This document shows positions 9,482 to 20,334 of a stretch of 64,000 nt of DNA, piece after piece. The notes beneath the pieces are model-generated. The model searched no databases, had not been told where the DNA came from, and worked only from the letters and a program-made list of their open reading frames with translations. Made by a program: the position numbers and the translations under genes. Each line of letters starts with the position of its first letter. The stretch's first letter is position 1. The DNA comes from an uncultured bacterium (GTDB taxonomy: Bacteria; Babelota; Babeliae; Babelales; Vermiphilaceae). The stretch covers positions 640,001 to 704,000 of the forward strand of contig OY970172.1 in NCBI GenBank assembly GCA_963707655.1, in the 5' to 3' direction.

Positions 9482-11464
9482 TCACTCCATTGACTCATCA
9501 TCAATGATTTCATCATCTTCAGGAGATACCAAATCTTCAAATTCTTTTTCAAAGAATGTGCGTAATTTTTTGCTGCGTGATGGATGGCGCAGTTTTCGTA
9601 GTGCTTTTACTTCGATTTGACGGATACGTTCACGAGTTACAGAAAAATCTTTACCAACTTCTTCAAGAGTATGCTCAGAAGCGACATCGATACCAAAGCG
9701 CATTTTAAGTACTTTTTCTTCACGTGGCGTAAGTGTTTTGAGTACTTCTCGCACTCGTTCTTTTAAATCATTGTTTGCAACCGTATCGGATGGAGAAAAC
9801 TCATTTTCATTTTCAATAAAATCTTTAATGAATGCATCTTCACTATCACCAACGGGAGTTTCAAGAGAAATTGGTTCTTTTGAAATCTTGATAATATTTT
9901 TGATTTTCTTTTCATCAAGATTCAGTTCTTTTGCCAATTCAGCATAGCTTGGTTCGCGGCCATGTTCTTGAATAAAGGTGCGTTTGATTTTGTTAATTTT
10001 GTTGAGCGTTTCAACCATATGAACCGGAACACGAATAGTACGTGATTGATCAGCAATTGCACGAGTAATTGCTTGGCGAATCCACCAGGTTGCATAGGTT
10101 GAAAATTTATAGCCACGCTCAAATTCAAATTTTTCAACTGCTTTCATTAAACCGATATTACCTTCTTGAATCAAATCAAGAAAGTGTAATCCGCGATTGA
10201 CATATTTTTTGGCAATATTAACCACCAAGACGTAAGTTTGCATTTGCAAGATCATCTTTTGCACGTTTATCTTTTACTTGAGCTCGTCATAAGAATTGAT
10301 GTAATAATGTTTAAATATTACTGTTTGTGGCAATACCGACTTCAACTTCAATCTTTTTAATCGCTTTTGACTGCGCTACGCATATTGCGCTCAATTTCTT
10401 CCATCTGTTCGCGCTGATCTTCAGTCGGTTCAATAATGGCTTGATAAGCTTCGAGCTGATCTTGGCTAGAATTTAATGAGTTGCTTCTTTTTCTTTAATT
10501 TTCTTCATGATATTTTTCAATTTTCTTGCCCATTTTGCTAATAAGCTTATTAGAAATTTTAATTGAGCGAATAGTTTCACCAATTTTTTCTTTATTTTCT
10601 TTCACCTCTTCAAGCATCTCTCTTTTTTTCTTATCAGAATCAAGCTTGCCACGATAACTTAAATAAATCTTTTCTTCATTATCAATCAAATCTTTAATTG
10701 TTTTAATAGTGCTGAGAAGTGCTTTTTTTTCTTCTTCAATATTTAGGAAGATTTTCTTCATCAAATTCAGAAAATTGAATAATATCTTTTAATGGGAGGC
10801 TGTTTTCTTGTAATTTTTCCCCAATGTAGCAAATTCTTTATGAATGAACGGGAAAGCGAGAAATAGCATCGATAGATTCTTTTTTGCTCAGAGCAATTTG
10901 ATCAGCAATAACCGTTTCTGTTTTTTTATTTAGGAGAGGAATTTTACCAATATCGCGCAAATAACATTTGACCGGATCGGTAATCTGTGAAGCTCCTGCT
11001 TCCCGAACCACTTCGCGCTCATCATCTTCGTCTTCTTCTCCACCTTCTTCTTCATCTTCATACTGATCGCCTGAGCTATCTAGCGAGCCATCTAAATGAG
11101 ATTTGATATTGGTGCGACCAACCTCTTCTTCTTCTTGAAAGTCATCAAGAGAGTTTTGTGTTTTATCAAATTCTTCTTGAGTAATCAGGTCAACGTGCTC
11201 TTTTTCAAAGGTTTTGAGCATATCATTGGTTTCAGCCTCTGTAAGCTGATGCTTATCACCAAATTCTATAAGCTCTTCATAGGTTAAAACATCTGCCTGT
11301 TTACTTTTTTCAACAAACTCTTCAATTATTTCTTTTTTTAAATCAATACCGGTTTCTTTTGCTTTTTTGCTGCCAGCATTAATTTTTTTGCTCTCACCTT
11401 CAGGGAGCTCTTCTTTGATAAGTTTATTTTTTATTGTTTTTACGGCGGATAGAATTTTTTTCAT
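9482..11464 (-). CDS. rpoD: RNA polymerase sigma factor RpoD, split by several indels (probably sequence errors)
   Basis: Region 1.2 [11 protein letters not shown]; region 2 [17 protein letters not shown]...[16 protein letters not shown]; region 4 [20 protein letters not shown]; directly downstream of dnaG; frames broken about 10225-10855. Confidence 0.93.
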
Positions 11465-11487
11465 ATTTTTGACCCCTTAAAAAGAAC

Positions 11488-13257
11488 CTAGATCAGCTCT
11501 TTACCTATCAATTTTTTTCTCAAATTCAAAAATTCATTAATGAGGTACTGCACCCGCTCATTATCGGCCTGCTTTTTTGCCTGTTCTATTTTAAGTTTTA
11601 TATCATTTACAATTACTTTCCAATGTTTTTTTTGCAATTGGGTAATAAGCGAATCAAAAGTCCTTTCTTCCGGCTGCAGATCGCCTTCAAGAAGAAGTTT
11701 GCTCACAAATTGCCGCTCCTGCTCTCTCAAAATGTCAAAAAACTGCATAAAAGTGATGGCAGAATTTTGCTGTTTTGCATGATCAAGAACTTGCAATATA
11801 TCACGCAACTGTTGAGGAAGAAAAGTAAGCAGGTACCATCCATTTTCCTTATTGAATAATTGTATGTTACTCATTATAGCAAAAAATATCTTTTTTTCCA
11901 ATTTTGGCAGGTCGGCTGAAGACATAAAAGAGACGGGAATTAAAGGCTTTTTCTCCTCTGATTCAACCTTTGTCGGGGCCTTTGCCAATTTTGATCCTTC
12001 CTGCTTTAACGATTCAAAAGGTATATCAAGAAGATCGGCCGCTTTTTTTAATAAAATATCTTTTTTCAGCTGATCTTCCAGCGGCTGGAGAGCATCAAGA
12101 ATTTTGCGGGTCAAAGAGAGCTTGGCGCTCAACCCCTTATCTTTAAAATCTTTGCCCAATGTCTCTATAAAAAAAACCAAAATGTCTGCTGCCCGCTTTA
12201 TCAAATCATTCAAATCACCCTTTTTTGCCAAAAATGATGCTGGATCTTCTCCTGCGGGCAAAGAGACTACTTTTAAATCAATAGTTGCCTGCCAGCACAA
12301 TGAGGCAAGGCGCAATATCGCCTGCTGACCGGCGGCATCCCCATCATACAGCACCAAAAGCTGCGTCGCGTGTCGTGACAACTGCTTTAAATGCTCTATG
12401 GTGCAGGCCGTGCCGAGCGTAGCCACGGTATTGCCATACCCATTTTGCACCATTGCTACACAATCGGTATACCCCTCAACCAGAAAGACCGATTCCTTTT
12501 TCTGTATCTCTTTTTTTGCCACATCAAGCCCAAAGAGAAGCGACCCTTTGGAAAAATATTCATTTTCATGAGAGTTATAATATTTTGGGCGGGTATCATT
12601 TTCTTTAAAAATGCGACCACCAAATCCACAAAAACGCCCCAAATGATCTTTAATGGGAAACATAACTCGCTCTTCAAAGGGAGAATAAAAAATATTTTTG
12701 CCCTGCAAAAGAATATTTGCTTCCATCAAAGAATCAATCAAAATATTGCGCTTACTCATATCATGAATAAACTGCTTACTCGCATTCAACCCGCCGGGAA
12801 AATACCCGATGGTGAAATAGGATATGCTTTTTGCATCAATAGATCGGCGATTGAGATATTGCAAGACTGACGGTGACTTTAAAAGCTGCTCATGACACCA
12901 TTGGGCAACTAGCTCACACAGATCAAAATAACGTTTTTTTTCCTCCTGCGCCTGGGCCGGCTCTTCATAGCTCAAGGTTTGGGGAAGCTCAATGTTATAA
13001 CGATCCGCCAAAAACTTTGCTGCCTCCAAAGGAGAACAGTTTTCTATTTTGGTAATGAATGAAATTACATCTCCGGTCACATGGCAGCCAAAGCAATAAA
13101 AAATATCCTTATGCGGACTTACCGTAAACGAACCGGTTTTTTCTGAGTGAAAAGGACACGGGCTTTTCCAGTAATGGCCCGCCTTTTTAAGCGCCGTATA
13201 GCTATTAATAACATCAAGAATCGGCACCCGCGATTTGATAAAGGTAAAAATATTCAT
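11488..13257 (-). CDS. dnaG: DNA primase
   Basis: CPFHSEKTGSF...YCFGC zinc finger, KYYNS, VEGYTD, YDGDAAG TOPRIM; start moved to MNIFTF (ATGA overlap with lgt). Confidence 0.97.
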   Translation of the reverse strand: MNIFTFIKSRVPILDVINSYTALKKAGHYWKSPCPFHSEKTGSFTVSPHKDIFYCFGCHVTGDVISFITKIENCSPLEAAKFLADRYNIELPQTLSYEEPAQAQEEKKRYFDLCELVAQWCHEQLLKSPSVLQYLNRRSIDAKSISYFTIGYFPGGLNASKQFIHDMSKRNILIDSLMEANILLQGKNIFYSPFEERVMFPIKDHLGRFCGFGGRIFKENDTRPKYYNSHENEYFSKGSLLFGLDVAKKEIQKKESVFLVEGYTDCVAMVQNGYGNTVATLGTACTIEHLKQLSRHATQLLVLYDGDAAGQQAILRLASLCWQATIDLKVVSLPAGEDPASFLAKKGDLNDLIKRAADILVFFIETLGKDFKDKGLSAKLSLTRKILDALQPLEDQLKKDILLKKAADLLDIPFESLKQEGSKLAKAPTKVESEEKKPLIPVSFMSSADLPKLEKKIFFAIMSNIQLFNKENGWYLLTFLPQQLRDILQVLDHAKQQNSAITFMQFFDILREQERQFVSKLLLEGDLQPEERTFDSLITQLQKKHWKVIVNDIKLKIEQAKKQADNERVQYLINEFLNLRKKLIGKELI

Positions 13258-14036
13258 GCGCACCGCCTCTCTTGGTGAATACGGTGCAAAACAGTATACA
13301 CAACCAAGGCGCTCACCATGAAAATGATAGCTATCCATTGATGTATTGAAAAATAGGGGAACAGACCAAATTCACGATCTGCGCGTAAAAAATCAAGACA
13401 AAATCGCTCGATTCCCATACCGGCAAGATACAGAGCAAAAAGTTGGCCCGGCTTGCTTACTATTCGTTGACCAACACAATAGAGCAATAAAAAAAGTGAA
13501 AAAAGAAGTAAAGAACTATAGATTTGCGTAGGATGCAGTGATTGGTGCAATGGCGCAAAGCTCTGTGCATCAGTATACGTAATCGCCCAGGGTAAAGAGC
13601 AGGTCTTGCCAAAGCAACAACCCGCCATTAAACAGCCAAAGCGCGATATTCCCTGCAAAAGCGGCGCATACAGCGCTGCAAGATCCAGGAAAGAGAGAAT
13701 CGGTACTTTAAGATGGTGCAGATACCAGGGCAATACTAAAATAAGAGCGGTTACTGAACCCAGAAGTGAAAATCCTGCCTGCCAAAATGACAGTAGACTA
13801 CGCCAGCCGTCTTCAAACAGCGACCAATCGCCTGCAATCGCCAGTAGGCGCCCGCCTGCCACTGCCGCAATAATGCCATAAAACAGAATGCTAAAAAAAT
13901 TATCAACAGAAACAAGTGCTTTTCTTCGGGGATCATGCAAAAAAAGATAGGAAAAAACAATCAACCCAATGGCTATGGCAACACCAAAGCTCTGGATTGA
14001 AAATGGTCCATAAATATGAAATAGTTCACGAGTCAT
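13254..14036 (-). CDS. lgt: Prolipoprotein diacylglyceryl transferase
   Basis: GGRL, QGISRFGCLMAGCCFG, LHPTQIY, ERFCLDFLR; start moved to MTRELF. Confidence 0.93.
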   Translation of the reverse strand: MTRELFHIYGPFSIQSFGVAIAIGLIVFSYLFLHDPRRKALVSVDNFFSILFYGIIAAVAGGRLLAIAGDWSLFEDGWRSLLSFWQAGFSLLGSVTALILVLPWYLHHLKVPILSFLDLAALYAPLLQGISRFGCLMAGCCFGKTCSLPWAITYTDAQSFAPLHQSLHPTQIYSSLLLFSLFLLLYCVGQRIVSKPGQLFALYLAGMGIERFCLDFLRADREFGLFPYFSIHQWIAIIFMVSALVVYTVLHRIHQERRCA

Positions 14037-14276
14037 CAAGATTTTCCCCCACCGTGCAATAAACTGGTTTGAGTATAAACAATGGTAAAGAAAATACAAC
14101 ATCTCCTGAACAACCAGAAATTAAACGAATAAGATCGTACAGCGATGCAAAAAATGAGATGCTCAATGCCTTGAGCAAACTTGCATGCGAAAATCATGGG
14201 TGAGATGGTATAGAAACGGCATCATTTGCCAACGTAAAATTATGTACTAGAAAGACATACCGGCACAATGTGCTTG

Positions 14277-14825
14277 TTATGCTTTCAAATCTTCAACGGT
14301 GAGCTGAATTTTGAGAAATGGGCTATAGCCGATAGTGACGGAAGGGAAATTGGCGTTCCATTGCTCAGCTTTGGCGATGAGTGGATAGAGAAGCTCTACC
14401 TCATTTTCATCTTCTGCAACGCACGGGCTAAACTTTGCCTTAATTTCTACGAATGAAGCAACCGCTCTGAAAAAACCAAGTGTTTTGAAAAATGGTCTGA
14501 GGCCGGCTGCTGAAATAATAATCTGTATTTCATAAGAATCATTAACTATAGGCAAATACAATGATTCGCCATGATCAATCAAATGACCGTTAACATACAC
14601 CGATGCATTGCGCACCGCCTGTTCAACAGCAGCAACATGCGCTTCATCACCATCAATAACAAGTGCAATATCTGCAAGATTGTTGATAAAAGTAACGGCA
14701 CGATTGCGCGCAGCTATCTCGACAGTTGGTGAGCCATTTTCCTGCGGCTCTGCCGACATGGCAACCTGAGATACCAACGATAATCCAAAAAGAAGAACTG
14801 CTGCTATTTTTTTAATGGTATTCAT
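14277..14825 (-). CDS. Hypothetical exported protein
   Basis: Signal peptide; GAGGA RBS. Confidence 0.7.
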   Translation of the reverse strand: MNTIKKIAAVLLFGLSLVSQVAMSAEPQENGSPTVEIAARNRAVTFINNLADIALVIDGDEAHVAAVEQAVRNASVYVNGHLIDHGESLYLPIVNDSYEIQIIISAAGLRPFFKTLGFFRAVASFVEIKAKFSPCVAEDENEVELLYPLIAKAEQWNANFPSVTIGYSPFLKIQLTVEDLKA

Positions 14826-14941
14826 ATGATCCTCTTGAGTAATTGAGGGTTTAACTATGTTGACTCATTAACAAGTATATCAGAATCGAAACAAATTGAT
14901 AGTTGACCACCCCTTAAACCCTATTGCCATTTCACCCATTT

Positions 14942-16756
14942 TTAAGCGCCACGAGAGAATTCTCTCACCTTAAAGACAAGGAGCGATAATGCAGCGGGTG
15001 TCATGCTAGGAATTAAAGATGCCTGGGCAATGGTGGCAGGTTTAAATTTAAGCAACTTTTCCTGCAATTCCTTAGAGAGACCAGGCAAATCGCGGTAGTT
15101 GAAATTTGAGGGTATTTCAAGCGATTTATAATAGTGTGCTTTTTCAGTTTCTTTTTCTTCGCGCTTGAGATACGGCTCATATCTGATTTCGGCATAAATG
15201 TTGGTCAGGGCCCGCTCCGAGAGATTGGCATTGGTATGCGTTTTCAATGCTTGAATATCGCAACTTGTTTCACCAAATAACTTTAAAAGCTGTGAATTAT
15301 TATGGCCGGCGCGTAAATCATTGAGCGTTTGATTAACCAGTTCTTTTTCTTGCCTGAAGGCCTGATACATCTCTTGATCGAGCAACCCCAAATCATGAGC
15401 GCGGTCAGTCAAACGCAAAAAGACATTGTCCTGACGCAAAGTTAAACGGCGCTCTGCGCGTGAGGTGAACATGCGGTAAGGCTCATCAACACCCATGGTT
15501 ACCAAGTCATCAATCATCACCCCAATATAACTTTCAGCGCGATCCAGAACAAACGGCGGCAAGCCCGCCTGCTTTAAGTGGGCATTAATGCCGGCAATAA
15601 TACCTTGGCCCGCTGCCTCTTCATAACCGGTGGTGCCGTTGATCTGTCCTGCCAGAAAGAGGCCGGAAACTGATTTTACCTCCAGCGTATGGCGCAACTG
15701 ATCAGGAAGAACAAAATCATATTCCACCGCATAACCGGGGCGAACAATCACTGCTTGCTCAAAGCCAACAATGCTATTGATGTATGCCTTTTGCACTTCC
15801 AGCGGCAACGAGGTAGAAAGCCCGCTCGGGTATATTTCATTGATATTGGCACCTTCCGGTTCAACAAACACATGATGTGATGTCTTATCAGGAAAGCGGG
15901 AAATTTTATCTTCAATCGAAGGACAATAACGTGGCCCTATGCCTTTGATATTTCCTGAATACATGGCAGAAAGATGCAAGTTTTGGCGGATGATTTCATG
16001 AGTTTTTTCATTAGTGTGAGCAATATAGCAGGCGTGGCTGCTTACCGCCTTGTGTGGCTGAAACTCAAATAAATAATCAAGATTATCAGGCTGCTGATAT
16101 TCCAGCTTTGAAAAATCTATGCTCTCTTTGAGCAAACGCGGCGGCGTGCCTGTTTTTAAGCGCCCCAAACGCAACCCAATTTTATTGAGAAAGAGAGATA
16201 GTGAAGCAACCGCTTCTTCATCTTGGCGGCCAGCACTAAAATTTGTTTTGCCGATGTGCACTAATCCATTTAAAAAAGTGCCGGTGGTTAGAATAACCGT
16301 TGGTGCCAAATAGGTTGTTTTATCGCTGGTAATTATTCCTTGCACTCTGCGCTGATCATCAAGAATAACTTCATCAACGGTGCCATTTAACAGTGTAAGG
16401 TTTTCTGTTGTATCAAGAAGTTGTTTTGCCAATTTATTATAAGCATATTTATCAATCTGCAGGCGCAAACCTTGCACTGCAGGCCCCTTTTTGGTGTTGA
16501 GCATGCGAGCTTGCAGGTATGTTTTGGTACACAACTTGGGCATTAAGCCACCCATGGCACTAATTTCATAGACAATGTGCCCCTTGCCCACACCACCCAC
16601 TGAAGGATTGCATGGCATAAGGCCAACTTTATCAACATTGAGGGTAATCAGCAGTGTTTTTGACCCCATGCGCGCCGCAGCATGTGCCGCCTCAAGGCCC
16701 GCGTGGCCACCACCAACAACGATAACATCAAAATCACGAATTGCAGAATTAGTCAT
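14942..16756 (-). CDS. mnmG: tRNA uridine 5-carboxymethylaminomethyl modification enzyme MnmG/GidA
   Basis: VVGGGHAG, KGPAVQ, RLKTGTPPR, GPRYCPSIEDK, GQINGTTGYEEAA, EPYRMFTSRAE. Confidence 0.98.
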   Translation of the reverse strand: MTNSAIRDFDVIVVGGGHAGLEAAHAAARMGSKTLLITLNVDKVGLMPCNPSVGGVGKGHIVYEISAMGGLMPKLCTKTYLQARMLNTKKGPAVQGLRLQIDKYAYNKLAKQLLDTTENLTLLNGTVDEVILDDQRRVQGIITSDKTTYLAPTVILTTGTFLNGLVHIGKTNFSAGRQDEEAVASLSLFLNKIGLRLGRLKTGTPPRLLKESIDFSKLEYQQPDNLDYLFEFQPHKAVSSHACYIAHTNEKTHEIIRQNLHLSAMYSGNIKGIGPRYCPSIEDKISRFPDKTSHHVFVEPEGANINEIYPSGLSTSLPLEVQKAYINSIVGFEQAVIVRPGYAVEYDFVLPDQLRHTLEVKSVSGLFLAGQINGTTGYEEAAGQGIIAGINAHLKQAGLPPFVLDRAESYIGVMIDDLVTMGVDEPYRMFTSRAERRLTLRQDNVFLRLTDRAHDLGLLDQEMYQAFRQEKELVNQTLNDLRAGHNNSQLLKLFGETSCDIQALKTHTNANLSERALTNIYAEIRYEPYLKREEKETEKAHYYKSLEIPSNFNYRDLPGLSKELQEKLLKFKPATIAQASLIPSMTPAALSLLVFKVREFSRGA

Positions 16757-16865
16757 AAGTAGTTTTAAAAAAGGGTGTAAAAAAGTAATAGGAAGCTTTT
16801 TAATCGCTTCCTATTGTAATTTTAACGCAACTCCTGCCTTTGGGCAAGAATGGGCTTTATTTATC

Positions 16866-16895
16866 AAAAAAAAGGCCGGGGGATAATCCCCGGCA
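16866..16895 (-). terminator. Rho-independent terminator
   Basis: GCCGGGGA-tta-TCCCC(C)GGC hairpin followed by a T-run on the minus strand, just after the 16901 stop. Confidence 0.7.
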
Positions 16896-16900
16896 ATCTC

Positions 16901-17611
16901 TTACCTTTGATGTATTTTTTTGTGAAGTATATTGGCAATTTTTGCCTGGTTCGCAAGCGATAAGGGCTGAGCATTTTCCGCTTTTGCTTGCTGAAAGAGC
17001 ACTCGAATAGAAGCCATTTCTTTAACCAGAGTATCCAATTGCAACTGCTCCAAACATTTGAGTAACTCGGCCAACTTTCTATCAACCGCGTCATGCTGCT
17101 TGAAGAATAAATCTATCTGCTCTTTGAGCGCCAGCGCCATTTTTGCACCGGTTTTCTTATTTTCTGCAATCTTCATGACCTTTGCAACTTTTTGAAACTG
17201 TGCATAAAAATTAGTCAGAATATCATCTGCTGCTTGTAATGCCTTGTAATATGCTGATGTACGGTCATTTTCTTCAGCCAGTTTAATCTTGAGGGGATTA
17301 ATAAATGAGCCAAGCATAACGTGCAATTTTTCATCGACAAAGGCGACGCATTGGCCAAAAGACGTGTTATCTTTAGGGTCCTTGAGCTTATTTAAGGTCT
17401 TATCGACATCCTCAATAAATTTTTTAATTTCGAACGCAAGCTGATGAAGGTAGGCATTGTTGCCCTCGATCGCGTTCACTGCATCTACTACTTGCGCAAA
17501 GCTGTCAGGAATTTGTGGTAAATGATCCCGACCGCCCTCTTGTGCTAACGCACCATTTCCCGCGCACAACAAAAGCGCAAGAGAAAGGATATTCTTTTTG
17601 TTCAATTTCAT
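16901..17611 (-). CDS. Hypothetical exported helical protein
   Basis: Start moved to MKLNKK (AGGAG RBS); signal peptide; helical K/A/L-rich. Confidence 0.7.
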   Translation of the reverse strand: MKLNKKNILSLALLLCAGNGALAQEGGRDHLPQIPDSFAQVVDAVNAIEGNNAYLHQLAFEIKKFIEDVDKTLNKLKDPKDNTSFGQCVAFVDEKLHVMLGSFINPLKIKLAEENDRTSAYYKALQAADDILTNFYAQFQKVAKVMKIAENKKTGAKMALALKEQIDLFFKQHDAVDRKLAELLKCLEQLQLDTLVKEMASIRVLFQQAKAENAQPLSLANQAKIANILHKKIHQR

Positions 17612-17873
17612 AGCAAAGCTCCTATGCTTAATAATCATATTTGCAGGTTGCGTAATGCTGAATATGCCACATTCAATATTTCTTGGCGTATATCTTATAC
17701 AAAACAACAACCCATTTAAAATTCGATAGTTTCTGTATTTAATATCCATCTAGACAATTACTAGTTTAAACCAGGGATTTTTAATGTCAAAAGCCCCCCG
17801 CCTCCTGGTTGATTTAATCGGTTTTTAAATTATCCTATCCCTTAATCTACCCATTAAATCAGAAAGAAACCAA

Positions 17874-18884
17874 ATGCACTACCCTTATTCCCTTTCATTG
17901 CTAGCAACATTTTGCACTGCCCTTTTTGGGTCCATCTTCTTAGGCAAGCTGTTCATAGGTCATGCTCCCGGCTTTTTTAGGGCGCGGGTGCGGGAATATA
18001 CCCCAATGCAACATCAGCAAAAAAACAACACTCCAACGATGGGAGGGATATTTATTATAGCCGCTACCCTTTTAGGCTGCGCGTATGCGTGGCGTTCTTT
18101 GTACAACCCGTCAGCTATTCTCTTGTTAACCAGCTTAGTAAGCTTTGGCCTGATAGGCTTTGTTGATGACTGGAATAAGCTTGTTTTTCTTAAAGGGATT
18201 TCTGCCCGCGCAAAATTCATTGCGCAATGGGCAACGGCGTTTATTGTAGCTTTGGCGCTTGTCTTTTGGGTGCACACCCCCACCGGCATCACCATTCCCC
18301 TGCTTGGCTGGCACTTTGACCTGGGTGCTTTCTATATTCCTTGGGCCATGTTTGTGATTGTCTCAACTTGCAATGCGGTAAATCTTACTGATGGGCTCGA
18401 TGGATTGGCCAGTCTGGTGCTTTTACCCAATCTCATTCTCTTTAGCACACTTGCGCTGTGCACTGGCACTTTCTTTTGTGCCACGCACTATCATCTTTTT
18501 CCGGTAGAAAACACGCCATTGGCATTAGTGACCATTGCCGCTATTGGCGCTCTTATTGGCTTTCTGTGGTATAACAAATATCCGGCAAAAGTTTTTATGG
18601 GAGACGTTGGCTCTTTGGGCCTTGGAGCATTTTACGCAACGCTTGCACTCATGACCAAGCAAGAGCTGTTGATCCCTATAGCCGGTGGCGTATTTGTGAT
18701 TGAAAATCTTTCAGTATTACTTCAAGTTTTTTGGTATAAACGGTATAAAAAGCGCATTTTTAAAATGGCACCGCTGCACCATCATTTTGAATTGAGCGGC
18801 TGGCCAGAGACAAAAGTTACCCTGATGTTTGGCGCCTGCTCAGCATTGCTCTCTTTGCTCGCCGCGATTATCGCTTACTGGTAA
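17874..18884 (+). CDS. mraY: Phospho-N-acetylmuramoyl-pentapeptide transferase
   Basis: TPTMGG, IGFVDD, NAVNLTDGLDGL, VFMGDVGS, MAPLHHHFEL. Confidence 0.97.
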   Translation: MHYPYSLSLLATFCTALFGSIFLGKLFIGHAPGFFRARVREYTPMQHQQKNNTPTMGGIFIIAATLLGCAYAWRSLYNPSAILLLTSLVSFGLIGFVDDWNKLVFLKGISARAKFIAQWATAFIVALALVFWVHTPTGITIPLLGWHFDLGAFYIPWAMFVIVSTCNAVNLTDGLDGLASLVLLPNLILFSTLALCTGTFFCATHYHLFPVENTPLALVTIAAIGALIGFLWYNKYPAKVFMGDVGSLGLGAFYATLALMTKQELLIPIAGGVFVIENLSVLLQVFWYKRYKKRIFKMAPLHHHFELSGWPETKVTLMFGACSALLSLLAAIIAYW

Positions 18885-20157
18885 GACAGTACATCAATGC
18901 GCCGCCAACAAGCAATGCCAAAAACCCTACAAGTTGTCCGGCTGTCCCACTAGAAAAACCGCGTGCGCAGGCAAAAATCAATATAGCACAATTGATTAAC
19001 GCAAGAACGATAAGCCAGGGATTCTTTACCGACCGCTTGTAATACCATGCGCAGAATAGTGCCGCGACACTCAACGTGTAGGCAATAATTGAGCCAAGAA
19101 CGCTGGTTAATTGCAAGGGGACCTGGCTTCCTGCACTCATATACAGATAAAAACAGGCGATCACCCCTTCAGTTAACACACAGGCAAAAGGAATGCCCTG
19201 CGCGTTCATTCTGGTAAACAGTTTCGGAAAAAAAGTATGTTTGCGTTCGGCCAATGAATAAAGGTTCCAGCTGTTGCTATACAAAATGCCATAACTACCG
19301 CCCAGCGCCGATGCGGCAATAGCGAGATTAAGCAGAACATGCAAAAACGCAAAAGAAGCAACGTGCGGTCCAAATAAAGCTGCTAAGAGAGAAGGAAATG
19401 CGCCCAGATAACTATGCTGTGCTATTAATTGTTGCCCGACGGCGGCACAAAACAAAAATTGATACAAAACATAGAGCCCCACAACACAGGCATAAGAAAT
19501 AAAAATTGCCAATGGACCGTTTCTGCGGGCATTTTCAATTTGAGAGCTTAAAGAAACCGTGGCTTCAAAGCCTAAAAAGGCATAAATAACGAGCGGAATG
19601 GCAGAGAGAATACCACTATAAACTCCGGTGCTTACCACAAAATTGGCGGGATTAATGCAATAGAGCCCAACGAGTATTACAAATACCACCGGCACAATTT
19701 TAATAGCCGTGAGCCAGCCCTGAATAGTTTTGCCGGTACGCATATTAAACATGTTAAGCAGAATGAACAAAGAGAGGATAAAAATATCGAGGACAAAAAC
19801 GTTCACCCGAGCGAGAGCCGGGATAATTTGCTGACACAGTAAAAAAGCGGTGTGTATCAGGAGCATGGCTGAGCCCAATTTGCCTATAAAATAGCTCCAC
19901 GCACTCATAAAACCGGCAAACGGATGTATCTCTTGGGCGGCAAAGGCATAAAAGCCACCGCTTGGGTACAAGCGCACCATTGATGCGATAGAAATGATTA
20001 AAGGCAACATCAAAACACCCACCAAAGCGTAAGCCAAACAACTTAAAAATCCTGCTCGCTTTGCCAATTCAACGGTATTTATAAAAATACCGGCTCCCAT
20101 CATAATATTTATATTAATTAAAATGGCCGATTTAAGAGATAATTTCTCTGTATTCAT
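18868..20157 (-). CDS. APC family amino acid permease
   Basis: MMGAGIF, PSGGFY, YAFLGFE; about 12 TM segments. Confidence 0.9.
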   Translation of the reverse strand: MNTEKLSLKSAILININIMMGAGIFINTVELAKRAGFLSCLAYALVGVLMLPLIISIASMVRLYPSGGFYAFAAQEIHPFAGFMSAWSYFIGKLGSAMLLIHTAFLLCQQIIPALARVNVFVLDIFILSLFILLNMFNMRTGKTIQGWLTAIKIVPVVFVILVGLYCINPANFVVSTGVYSGILSAIPLVIYAFLGFEATVSLSSQIENARRNGPLAIFISYACVVGLYVLYQFLFCAAVGQQLIAQHSYLGAFPSLLAALFGPHVASFAFLHVLLNLAIAASALGGSYGILYSNSWNLYSLAERKHTFFPKLFTRMNAQGIPFACVLTEGVIACFYLYMSAGSQVPLQLTSVLGSIIAYTLSVAALFCAWYYKRSVKNPWLIVLALINCAILIFACARGFSSGTAGQLVGFLALLVGGALMYCLTSKR

Positions 20158-20334
20158 AATAAAAAGTTCCTCGATTAATACATCAGATTTTTATACAGTA
20201 GCACGAAAAGCAGAAGAGGTCACTGGGAAATTGCGTAAAATAGCGGACTTTTTCCCGTTTATCTGGTTATTTTTCAATGTTTTAGTATAATAAAAGTGTT
20301 AACAACTCTTATAAAATATCGTATTGATCTGATC

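Noticed and set aside
9482..11464. rpoD as programmed frameshifting or three separate genes
   Set aside because: Many indels of both signs within about 600 bp, one inside conserved region 2.1; best explained by consensus error
14069..14203. 44-codon + strand ORF (LSINNGKENTTSPEQPEIKR...) between lgt and the 14277 gene
   Set aside because: TTG start, no clear RBS and no recognisable motif; may be a remnant but cannot be supported
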